From: Styela clava
Taxonomy: Eukaryota
Direction: 5' to 3'
Length of the DNA stretch: 64,000 bases
Assembly (NCBI RefSeq): GCF_964204865.1
Contig: NC_135250.1
Coordinates: forward strand, 19,096,001 to 19,160,000
Both the position numbers and the translations under genes were made by a program. Of this stretch, positions 13,111 through 25,104 are shown one piece after another. Numbering within the stretch: position 1 is the first letter of the stretch; every line of letters starts with the position of its first letter. The notes under the pieces are model-generated. The model did no database searches. It had not been told where the DNA came from and was given only the letters and a program-made list of their open reading frames with translations.

Positions 13111-15820
13111 ATGTCTGAAATTAATAGTATCATTGTTTTTGGTCCAACTGGAACTACTGGATTACATATATTGAAAAGGGCAATACTTGAAGGTTAGTAT
13201 TTCATACACAAATTCTTTGCAAAATATTTAATTAAGCCACCTTTGGCTTTGTATGAATATAACTTGTTATATTTATTTAAAAAGCACTGTACATACGGCT
13301 CATAATTTACAATCATTAAGCAAATAACATATTTACATTTTTAATATAATATTTGCTAATGGCATAGTGGTATAGCCTTATGGAAATATGTGGGATTCGT
13401 AGTGTGTGTGCATGTGTCAGAGCTGTGCTCTGAATGCTGGAATGGCAAACAAGTTTACCCAGAGTGCAAGCGTTGTGTCTATATCGTTGTGTCTATATCA
13501 TCTTTTATTATTTCTACAGGATTGGAAGTGACAGTATATGTACGTAATCCAAAAAAAATACCAGAAAGCATATGTGCAAAACTATACAGAATTATACAAG
13601 GAGATGTGTTGGATAAAACGAGGGTTGAGAATGCAATCGAAGGACATGATGCCGTACTGTCTGCACTCGGCCAAGGAGGGAATAACCGTGCGTTAAAAAG
13701 CAGTGTTAAAATAAAGAACAAAAATACCTTGTATTAGAGAAAATAAATTAAATACTGAAGTTGTGCAACTCAATGTACAGTATGTAGATACATATTAAAA
13801 AATATGCACAGATTGTTCATGAAGTCCCGTTACAATTTCAATATGAAATCAGTTCTCAATATATCTTAACCAGATTTGTTCATTTCAATGAGTGATTATT
13901 TAGTTTTTTAATACATTTAATATACCTGTAGGGGCCCAGCAAACTATGGTATCAATAATTCCCCTTTTTTGGGAATTAAAAAAAAAATTTATGAGTTTAC
14001 AAACATCCATGTATTTAAATTGTTTATTTATTTGAGTTGCAAGGCACCGAATATACTGTTATAATTGTGACTAAAAAGGCTATTTTTTGACAATGATAAT
14101 TATGGTTGCCAAATATTGTTTAAAGTACACCATGAAATAAATGGTATGTACACCATTCTATCAAAATAAACGATAGTAGATTATGGCCATTGTACAATAG
14201 AATTTAGGTAATGCAGGATAAATAGGAATCTTAATTGTTAATTACAATGACAATTAATTCCAGGTGACAATAGACTACTGTCGGAAGGTTGTCAAAATAT
14301 TGTGTCGGGAATGAAAAAGCACAATGTAACGAAACTGGTCATTGTTAGCATGGGTAAGCTTTTGTGTATGGTAATCATAAGCTTCAAAGGTACATAGCAT
14401 CACTTGTTCAAAAGCACTAATAGGTATTGATAATCAAAAATGCTCGCACCTATTTATAATTAATTTGCAATTTTTAATAAGAAATGGACAACTTTCTCCT
14501 CATCTTCAAAAATACAGTTTATTCGAAAATATTACAATGGGTACAAAACATTATCCATTCTTATTTTTTTAAACATTACCTCTATTGTCCCAATTCCGTA
14601 AAACTGCATTTGGGCTGATATTCCATGGCTGGGGTCATATAAAAAATCAATGGCTATGGAGCCAGTGGCCAGAACCGATAAAAAAAATGTTGAAACCATT
14701 GTGATTTCAAACCAGTTCCTCAGTCTTGGCCAGTACAATACAATAAACATTGTATAAAAACTGATGATGTCTTTATTAAAGGGACATTTCTTACGAGAGA
14801 AAGACCCAGATTCAACAGGTTTTGGAAAAGGAACGGATTTTATGATGATCATCAAAGACAAATCAAAATACTGGAAGAAGAAAGAGAATCGATTGATTGG
14901 ATCATGATGATGCCTTCGAATATAAAGAACAGTACAAATATCAACCCCGACTATAAGGTGATTGGGTTTTACTTAAAAGCAGGTAACTGTCTCTTACTGG
15001 GCAAGATTAGTACCCACACCGGCAACTCCACTAGGAAAGATAATGATGATCAACGAAAAAAATCCATATATTCTCAGTAGTTTCTCTTGCATTCATACTT
15101 GCTAATATTCTAGCATCTACAGCTCAATTGTCATGTCATATGCAGCAAAATACTGTACAATGTAGGATAAATGTTGGATTTTCAATATTCAAAAATGTTG
15201 ATTCATGAATAAATAACAGTTAACTAGGACATCATTGTCATTTTAACGATGGTTTCAACTTAATGTGATAAAATTTTAATGGTGCAAACGATGGGACATA
15301 CTGCTTAAGACACGATTTTCTTGATAATAGCACTTATTCCGTTATAGTGGAGCCTTCATCAAGCTAGGATGAGAAAGCTTAAATGAAGTTTAGAAAGATC
15401 TATTTTGTTGACAGTTGCCCTTTTTGCAAGCATTTTTAATTTTTGCAGGGGGATAAGATTTTAATTCAAAATTATACACATAATTTTGCTCCCTTTCCCC
15501 ATTTCTTACAAAGTTTTACCTTTTAGGTGGAAAAAAATAATATTCCTGGTGGATATTCCGTTACTGCTGGAGAACTTGCAGATTTCATGGTAAAGGTATT
15601 CATGGATAGAACATCAACGGAATGCTTCAAGCATACCAAGTTAGGGATATCTTCTTATCCAAAGAGGAAATTTTCATGCAAAATCAGTATGTCAGTTGCA
15701 ATGGGTCTATTTGCTTTTGCTATTGGAGCAATGCTGTATTATAGAATGCTACCTGATGTATTGCAAGAATTTGTTGACAATGTCACCAACCATGGCACAG
15801 ATGCTATTAAAGATCAGTAA
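13111..15820 (+). CDS. BLVRB: BLVRB-like paralog 4, 269 aa, transmembrane helix plus C-terminal extension
   Basis: Exons 13111-13192, 13520-13687, 14264-14353, 14782-14957, 15527-15820; GPTGTTG, VRNP, GDVL, DDH, MMMPSN; tail ISMSVAMGLFAFAIGAMLYYRMLPDVLQEFVDNVTNHGTDAIKDQ*. Confidence 0.88.
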
Positions 15821-16698
15821 CTAGTTGAGTCGAATGAAAACTGTGTGTATATAGAATTCTTCACCAAGCCCAAAGTTAAAGCTAATGAGATGAATATGTT
15901 GACAATATGTTAAAATAATTTTCTCTCAGCTCTTATCTTAACCCAAACCATGTTTTTTTTCCTTTTTTACATGACATGGCGATAAGTTGCATAAATATCA
16001 TGTTTTTTTTCCTCGTTATTGCAAAATTATCTTATTGAGTTCAGGATGCATTTTTTCGTCTGAGGTGTATGCATTGTTTTGCCATTTCTTGCAGTTACAA
16101 AGATCCTAAAATTTGAATCACAGGCTTTTTAAAATATGTATAAAACCATATAATGTTTAAATATGGAAAAAAGCATGTGAAAGCGTTCATTTTCTTATAT
16201 TTCCATATATGTCTTAATTTTTTATGCCACTTTCATACACAGTTTCTCACCACAATTTTGAACTTAAATATATTTTGTAAACACACTTCAGCAAACTGTC
16301 AATATTGCAAATTGCAATTGAAAAACCAGTCAATTAATTCAAGTTTATGTCCCTCATTTCACACATTGATTTACTCGTTTTATCTTTCAGGTTTTAGCCA
16401 TAAAATTTACGGAACATGTTCAATTTCCACTATTTTCCTCTGTATATTTTTAAAGGTGTTTGTTGTGTTGTACTTGTAAATATGATTCATGCACCATCAC
16501 AGTAATAAATGTGCTTGAAATCATCCTATTATGGAAGAAGAATTGAAGTGTCATGAAACACAGAGACAGTATAATGAATTAATAAGTGAGAAACAGGAAG
16601 TTTACAAGAATATTAAACCACAGTAAGTAGAAGAGTAAGACAGTGGGCAGTCAGCTTCCAGTAAATATTTATCACTGACGGTTTCTAAAATGTGAATA

Positions 16699-17520
16699 TG
16701 TGCCTTTCTGAAAGACAGTAGCCAAATTCAGAAAGTTGGATGCTCTAGAATTCTGTCCCATGATGTATTTTGTGTCTATAAATTTTATTAGATCAATTAT
16801 ATAAATGGCTCATAAATATAATTGTAATTGAGTTTCCATGAAACAAACTACTTATCCCCATTCTATGATTTGTTGCTGGTGGATTAGTATGCATAAAATA
16901 ACTTTCGACTTCCATTTTTCGTATGTGTGACGAAGTCAAGACTTTTGGCCAGATGCAAATACATTTGTGCTAGAGTGCAGAAAGCCAGAAAGACTCAGAG
17001 AACCCATGTATGCCAAACTATATTAGGTGGGAATTAAAAGAAGCTTTGATTTCACTGTGAAAACTTTATATAAATCTTTGAAGAATATATATCCTTTTCA
17101 AAAATTTTAAATGTAAATAAAACCAAATATGCTACAAATCCCTAGTCGTTTCAGACCTATCTCTGTTTTACTTACAGCGTGACAGTCAACAAAGATTTTA
17201 TTGTGCGACAAATTAATGATCAACTTGCAACAAAGCATTTATCTTCAACTGGAATAGCACAAATACTGTACCACACAGTTTAATAATGAAGAAACTTTTA
17301 AGAAGTCAGAAATGTCAAGATATCAATGTGATATGGATAAAGTCTGAACAGAGCAAATGAAGTGATTATTTCAATTCAGATATAGAAAATTACAGTAATT
17401 GCATCAATTTTCATGCCACATCAAACATTGGTATCATTGAAGATGGACAAGGAATCCCTGCTATAAAGTCACAGGGTCAAAATTCAATATGATTGCCGAT
17501 CAAGCCAAGAATGCAGACGA
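16699..17520 (+). pseudogene. Probable decayed C-type lectin remnants upstream of paralog 5
   Basis: CAFLKDSSQIQKVGCSRILSHDVFC (16699-16773, C-x13-C-x9-C), INDQLATK (~17212), VIWIKSEQSK*SDY...NCINF (~17328-17412) and frameshifted RWTRNPCYK (~17441); disrupted by stops. Confidence 0.3.
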
Positions 17521-17721
17521 AGGGTAACTCTAAACCAAAAAATATTTATAATACAAACGCGTGCCCAGCCAGGTGTAACAGTTTCGCATAATGGTATAGT
17601 ACTTTTATAGTAATTTTATGGAAGGCAACTCAGCTGCTTTTGAGATACCACAACAAAACATTATTGGAAGCTCACAAATGTGATAAGAAATTGTACATGA
17701 CTATAGATTTAAACAAATACA

Positions 17722-19516
17722 ATGTCTGATCAACGCAGTGTTATAATATTTGGTGGTACAGGGCATTCAGGAAAATATATACTGAAGCGAGCTGTGGCTG
17801 AAGGTAGGAGCATAGTAAAATTTTCATGAAGAAAATCACGTACGGTAGATTATTAAACATATCTCTCAATAGATATCCTATTATTAAGAAGATGACCCGA
17901 AAAAGAAACCCATACAATAATATGTTCCAAATGGCCTGCATTTCGTTTTTTGGGTCGCCCCATATTTTATCTAGAGTGGAAAATAATATTTAGGTGTAAA
18001 TGGAATAGTGGCAATATACATGTGTGATACTTTTTGTTTTTCGTTCAGGACACCAAGTAACCGCTTTTGTCAGAACACCCTCAAAAGTGCCAGAGAAGAT
18101 TAAAAAGAATATTCAGATTGTACAAGGAGATGTTTTGAACTCTGAACAAGTGGAAAAAGCAATTAAAGATCAGGATGTAGTTTTGTCAGCACTGGGGAAA
18201 GGACTAAGTCTCGGTAGATAGCATCAGTCAAAATAACTAGCCTATTTCAATCATGCCAAGATATAATATTTATATATGGTACCTCAATCTCACACGTCAC
18301 ACTTATGGTAATCAGGTCATAGACTGTATTTCAACATGGGATTAATTAAGCTGTCTTGTCTCTTTTTTATACCTACCGCAGTTAAATTTAAAAAGCCTAG
18401 ATTATCCACTGTATAATCTATATTCATATTATTAAAGGTCCAACAACGTTAATGTCAGAAGGAGCCAAAAACATAGTGTCTGGTATGAAAAAACATGAAG
18501 TGAAAAATCTCGTCATGATTTGTGGAGGTAACTATGCTATATTTATATAACCGCTTATGATCTATGGCATAAATTCTGAAAAACGTCCACAATCTTAATC
18601 CAAAATATTATGTCATTTATTGCAGCGGGGAGTCTACCAAATCAATCATCACCCTGGCTATTTAGACATATTGGCGAAGACCATAAGAGAGTGGTTGAAA
18701 TTCTTAAACAAGAAAATGAATCGTTAAGATGGGTAACTCTACACCCTCCTTTAATCAGGAGCCTGGGAATCATTAATCCAAATTACCAGGTGTGTTGTTG
18801 TGTTTTCCTTATTAATGCCCAATATACCGGTATTAGGAAGATAACATATAATGAAGTTTATACTTAAAATACAAAAACCGCGATGTGTGCTCATACATAT
18901 ATACTCCAATATTACACAACAGTAAATTACTCAACTTAACTGGTAATATCAGTGTGATTAACTTATTAATAAGTTAAAATGGGCATGGCCTACACCAGGT
19001 TTTGATATGTTTACTTATACATGCTGTTCATAAAGTCCCGTACAATACTAGGTGAAAAAACTTCGATGTCCCCTGTGCATCAAATAGTGGTAAGTGTAAG
19101 TATATAGAAGAAAAAAGGGGGGCTAGTTCACTAAACGCTGTCAAGAACTTTTAGTTAGGGTGGATTACCCATTTTCACATGTCATTATGAACCCCAACCT
19201 GATTACGTCATCCAAAAATTATGATTTGAATAATTTGCGATTCGATTGGTGAATACTTGGACAGCCCTAGAACTAGCATTTCATTAAATATGATTGTTTT
19301 GTCATTTAGTCGATGTAAAACAATCTCTATATATAAAGTTACAAACATTTTTTTTAGATCGAGAAAGATAACAACACAGGAAAATTTTATGTTAATGCTG
19401 GTGAGATTGCAGACTTCATGATGAAATATATCAGTGATGAGGAAACTGTCAAAAAATATCAGAACTGCTTACTAGGAATATCAGCAGGCCCTTCTTCTGT
19501 CTGCTCAATCATATAG
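17722..19516 (+). CDS. BLVRB: BLVRB-like paralog 5, 219 aa, C-terminal CaaX motif (CSII)
   Basis: Exons 17722-17803, 18049-18213, 18438-18527, 18626-18789, 19358-19516; GGTGHSG, VRTP, GDVL, PTTLMSEGAKNIV, EDH, LHPPL; ends GISAGPSSVCSII*. Confidence 0.9.
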
Positions 19517-19940
19517 CTTAAATTATTGAACTATGCCAGTGCTTCAGTGTTCAAGATATAAGTTCAGCATTATTTTTTACAGAAGCCATAACATATTGCA
19601 TTTTATAGTTATATTTATTTATTTGACTACATCAGATTTAAAAAAAAAAATTATTACCTCATTGCTTATCTATCTATTTCCTGCAACATATAAATATTAG
19701 AGTGTGAGCTTACAGTGAAAATCACATTCAATTCACATTATTTATTACAGTATATATGAATTTTATAAGATTTTTTATGAGTTAACAAATTTTGCACTAT
19801 ACAAAGTACTCTAAGTCCTGTCTCTGCATCTAAAATTATGTGTTCTAATATCTATCGTCCACTTTTTCTACTTGCCACTCATGTCACAGTTTTTTAGATT
19901 ACTATTAACCGTACTCGACTGAGAGAACAGTTTTCTATAC

Positions 19941-20238
19941 CAGGGCTACTCAAATATTTCTACCGAAGATCCGCATACAAAAATAAAAATTACTTGTGTC
20001 CGGTGTATCCCGAAATTATATTTCGGCATCCTTAAACACACACTTCCTCGTCAGACTAATGATTATTAACTATTCAAGATTGTTTCTTTTCATATATATT
20101 TAAATCTATAAAAGTGATTTTATAAAAGGAAACTTCAAAAGTGGGGCTAATGATCCAAAATAAAAAATTAGGCGTGGTCCAAATCGAATACCCGAAAGGG
20201 TCGGATTCGGACCGCGGTCCGCCAGTTGAGTAGCCCTG
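19941..20238. mobile_element. hAT-type MITE
   Basis: Perfect 13-bp TIR CAGGGCTACTCAA / TTGAGTAGCCCTG; TSD ttctatac/ttttatac. Confidence 0.85.
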
Positions 20239-20805
20239 TTTTATACTACCTCACTTCAATATTTGTTGATTCCAGTAAAAATGGCAAAAATCTTTCAGCG
20301 AAAACTTGATTACCCAGGTAATTCTGATGAACATCAGATGAATAGTAAACAAAATGTGTATTAAATTTTCACTAATTTCAGATTAGAGGACTACGGATTT
20401 TTTCGAGTACCAAAACTTTTTTGCCACTCGAAGCAATGATAATTATTTTAATTCATTCTTACGCATTCCAAAATACACAAAATATTAACAAAACGTGTCA
20501 GGAAAATTTCGGTCCTCCCAAAAATAATAGCTCCTCACATTATCATTGATATCAGTGACTACTTGTACATGACCTTGCCCGGAGAGAAAGGTGTGTATAA
20601 TCATATATAAATATATATATATACTATTGATTATAATTCATTACTGTTACTACAGTTCCAGGAATTTCATCCATGTCAGCCCCATATTTCCGTTTTCTTG
20701 TATGAATTAACAAAATGATATTTTACATATTGTAATATTTTGTGTTTATATGATACAGGACAAAAAATATTACTATTATACTAACAATTTTACATAGAAA
20801 CTAAT

Positions 20806-23603
20806 ATGCCTAAGCCTAAGATCATAGTTTTTGGAGCAACTGGAAATACTGGATTTTCCATTCTTGAAAGAGGAATTGAAGAAGGTATGAATGCAATATT
20901 TACCAAACATTAGAAATATATTTTTGAACTAACAAATAATGAGAGGGCCTCTATTAAGCATCTATGGATGCCAATATCCAAATACTTTGGGCATTGTAAA
21001 ACGATTTACTGGACTGTCGAATTATATAAGTACAGGATATATATGTTCATATAATTACAATTTTGCTATGAAGTCCGTTCTCAATATTTTCTGACCAGGT
21101 TTGTTTTATATCAATCAGTGTTAATTTAAGTTTTTTACGTCATGTAGGGGGGAACAAAATTATATATGGAATCAATAAATTCAATAAAAAAAACTATAAA
21201 AAATTGTTAACGACTTTTTGAACATTTTGTAATGAAATCATGATATATTTTATTTTTCCAAGGATGTGAGATCACAGCATATGTGAGAACACCATCTAAG
21301 TTGTCAGACCGGTTGCGCAATAATGTCAGAATAATTCAAGGGGACGTTTTGAAAAGAGAACAAGTCGAAGATGCCATTGAAGGGCATGATGTGGTATTGT
21401 CTGCACTTGGTTCGGGATGGGCACTAGGTATGTAGGATACAAAATATTAAACAAACTTTTTTATTTATATGACGCTTATCATGTCTTAATAATAAAATCA
21501 TGAGCTTTCAGCCAGCTTTACTGTTGACCCATTGCACTACCATAATGAAAATGAAAAGCTTTATCAAAAGTTGTAGCACCAGTGAAAAAAATACAATCAG
21601 AATTCTTACATAAACTTTAATCACTCAGCTAGGAAAATTTCATTAATGCATAGTAACGAGTTTAAATTTCAAAAATCTTAGGCACATATCTGAAAGTGTA
21701 TGTAAGGTAATCATTGATGTAATACGTTCACTTGACAATAATTTTTTTTTTTAAGTTTTTGAATCTAGAACTGGCTGTTTTTTTAAATGATTCGATAGCT
21801 ATGATCACAAATACATATTCAATATTTTTCATTTTATAAATAATTATCATGAATAAGAATGATATTTTGGTGATTGTAATAATTCATATATACCGTATAT
21901 ATATATTCAGGTCCTACTAAAATAATGTCGGAAGGATGTAGAAACATTGTCTCAGGAATGAAAAAACATGGCGTTAAGAAGATCGCAGTAGTGGGAGTAG
22001 GTGAGACGAAGAACTTTATCCCAGTACATTAATAATTATTTCCATTAGGATTTCCAAATCATATAATGATTGATCCATGACCTCTAAACCAGTTAATGTC
22101 CCGGTCTAAATCGGTGTAGTTGGCGACTTGATAACAGAGACGTGGAGTAGTTGAACAAGTTTAATATGGTAGTAAGACTCCAATAATTTCATTATTGTAT
22201 CCTTTCTACACACATTCTTTACAATATAGTATAAGTTACATAGATTTATGTAAATATGCTAATACCAATTTTAAATACCAAAATGCATGGCTGTCCTAAA
22301 CCCATGAGTTGTGTTATTAATTAAGTGTCTTTAGTGTTACCAAAAGAAACGAGAATTTTCAAACCAAGATTTTCTGAAAATCTTCTTCCTGAAATTGTCA
22401 TAAAATCAAATAAGAATGTAGAAAAAAACATTACCGGTAGTTATAAAATTTATTCTATGACAATTGCAACAACAATAAACTGTTTTTTTAGATAACATAA
22501 CCATACCCAGTCTTCTTTCTCGTAGATTCTCATTTGATTTTATGACAATATCCTTTATTTACACAACATAACCATAACATAATCTGAAATAGAGATGAAG
22601 TGCCCCATTTCATCATGCCACATAAAGAAGATATTCCTACCCTAATGGAAAACACATTCTAAATGTTGGTGATTTTTATTCAGCAAGTCTAATACCAGGA
22701 GAATGGAGCCCTATGGTACTGAAATATTTGATTGAAGATCATCAGAAGCAGATTGATATTCTTAATGAAGAAAAGGACACAATTGACTGGGTTGCCATAA
22801 TGCCTCCTTCACTTTGGAGAAGCAATTATATCAGTCCATCATACACGGTCAGTATAGTTCATTAAGAACTCGTTGACGATAAACTTGAACCATTTGAAAA
22901 ATTAAAAGTATAACCACTTGAAACTAAATTTGAGAACTAATCAAGATAATCTCAATATTTCTTCCTCAAATCAAACCTACTTTTACCCCACAACTCCCAC
23001 AAGAAAATCATGTCACTTTTTTATGATTTTAGGTGTCAATGTCAACACAAACATTGCTTTTGTAGCTTTTCTAACTGATAAAAAAAGATCTACTTTATTT
23101 TTGTGATAGACATTTAGACCAGGGGTGGGCAAATTAGGGCCCGCATGCCGGATCCAGTCAGATCGCACCTCGGGTGAAGTGGTGGGCATAAGGTTATTCA
23201 ATACTTCAACCTGTGACACATATTGAAAAATATTTACTAATAAAATGATGTTTTAACTTTAATAAACAAATGTCTGAAAGCTTCGACTAGAGTTAACATC
23301 AAGAATATCCATTCACATTCCCAGTTACATAAACTCATTTGTCTCTAGATCATAATAAGTTATTTTACATTCAAACAGGTTGAAAAAGATACATTCACTG
23401 GTCGCTACTACGTATCAACAGGAGAGGTTGCGGACTTTATGTTCAAATGTATAAAAGATGACAACATTTGCCAAGAATACAAGCATCGTCTAGTGGGAAT
23501 CTCATCTGGGCCAGCAATTATTTCAACTAAGAACCTGGTTCTGTTGACAATTCTTTCAGCAGCAGCCATCGGATCTTATTTCATGGGATATACACCTTGG
23601 TAA
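20806..23603 (+). CDS. BLVRB: BLVRB-like paralog 6, 240 aa, C-terminal transmembrane tail
   Basis: Exons 20806-20884, 21263-21427, 21911-22000, 22684-22847, 23379-23603; GATGNTG, VRTP, GDVL, PTKIMSEG, EDH, AIMPPS; ends KNLVLLTILSAAAIGSYFMGYTPW*. Confidence 0.9.
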
Positions 23604-23831
23604 TGAACTATTAACCTGAACTGAAAGATTCTCCGATTGACTGCTTTAGATTTTGTGCAATTTAGAATAGTTTATAATATTTGAATATTACTTGGACAAT
23701 TCTTTTATTGTTAAATTTAGCCTGCAATGCACATACAATTCTGTCAGCAATACTTGCTGAAGAAACTAACACTTAGTGAAGTGAATAAAATATGCAACTG
23801 AACAGTGACTACATAATATATATGAACATTG

Positions 23832-24043
23832 TACATGGTGTTCATAAAGCTACATGGTGTTCATAAAGCTACATGGTGTTCATAAAGCCCTTTTAAGTTG
23901 CCAGGGGAATTTATGGATAGTTTACTGGCCTTACAGGTTCATATAAACACTAATTTAATTAAATGAAACAAACATGGTTAAGATTAAAAACTGACTTCAT
24001 AACAATTAAAATTGTAACAGGACTTTATTACGAGCACCCTGTA
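23832..24043. mobile_element. Tc1/mariner-type MITE with triplicated terminus
   Basis: 19-nt unit TACATGGTGTTCATAAAGC x3 (23832-23888); right end GAGCACCCTG-TA; the interior is the reverse complement of the 3337 element. Confidence 0.7.
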
Positions 24044-25104
24044 CAATAAACACTTCCTGAATTTAGGAAGGTATTTTAAATTTTGATTATGGTATGTAAT
24101 TGGCTTAAATCAGTCCTAAAAATATTAGAGCAATCTTATTATACCAATCCAGCATTATAAAAAATCATTAGGTATGTGTTTTTGTCTGCTGCATGAGACT
24201 AATTTTGATTTAGTTATTCAAAAACATTTACTTCAGAACATATTCAATTATCCTGTATTGGTTATCCCTAGATGAATATGACTAATGATAAAATAGCCAC
24301 TTAAGATAATGCTGCATAAGTTGTGTTATAGTGATGAAATTACATATAATGCTGCTGTAAGGATGAAATGATCTATGGCGATCAAGTTGAATAAGATGTG
24401 ATTGTCCATAAAAAAGGGATATTATTAGAAAGACAGCATTGAACAGCAAATAAATGTCAGACACTACGACCTAAAACCCTCAATCTTGCATTGAACGCAC
24501 GCACCGCTTTTCTTTCCACTCAAACTAGGATTTAGTTTGACTGTTAGCACAACATCTTATGCGTAGGAAAGATTCTTTCTATTGTGACCAAGTTGCGTCA
24601 TAAAATTAAATAAACTTTTCTTGCCCCCTAGAAAAAATCGATAAAAATTTTACCATCATGTCGTAATAACATTTTACCTTGGTGTCAACACGACAAATTT
24701 CGATTAATTCATACAACAAACGAATAAATGTTCAATATTTTCAATACAACATTAATCTTAATCTTAGTGGTAAAACATAATTCATAGGAATTTTTCAATT
24801 CCAATGACTCACTCAAATTTATCTTAAGTCTCTCTGGAGATGAGTCGAGTGCGGGTTGAGTCATTTCATTCAGACGACTCGGAGCATCGAGTATGGTACG
24901 CATATCTGGCAATCCGATCATATATGTTCAACTACCACTTGATTCAACAGGGGTGTGATAGCAAGATTCATCCAGTTGGGCATAAGCAGAGACAGCTTTA
25001 AATATTACACTTTAAGGTAAATACCGCATGAGATAAAACAGTCCCACTTTACATTAGTATATCCATGTCAACCTATGTATATTTGTGGTAATAAATTGAC
25101 TCAC

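Noticed and set aside
2817-14861. Minus-strand ORFs over the reductase array (e.g. 2817-3104, 7419-7604, 10570-10848, 14532-14861)
   Set aside because: Antisense shadows of real exons; the paired ORFs simply reflect the segmental duplication.
23832-23888. Short direct repeats that might suggest a CRISPR array
   Set aside because: No spacers, eukaryotic context, and the unit is a MITE end.
24709-24921. ORF MIGLPDMRTILDAP.. as the next DYNC2LI1 exon
   Set aside because: Wrong phase relative to the nearby acceptor, in-frame stop just upstream and no convincing similarity.
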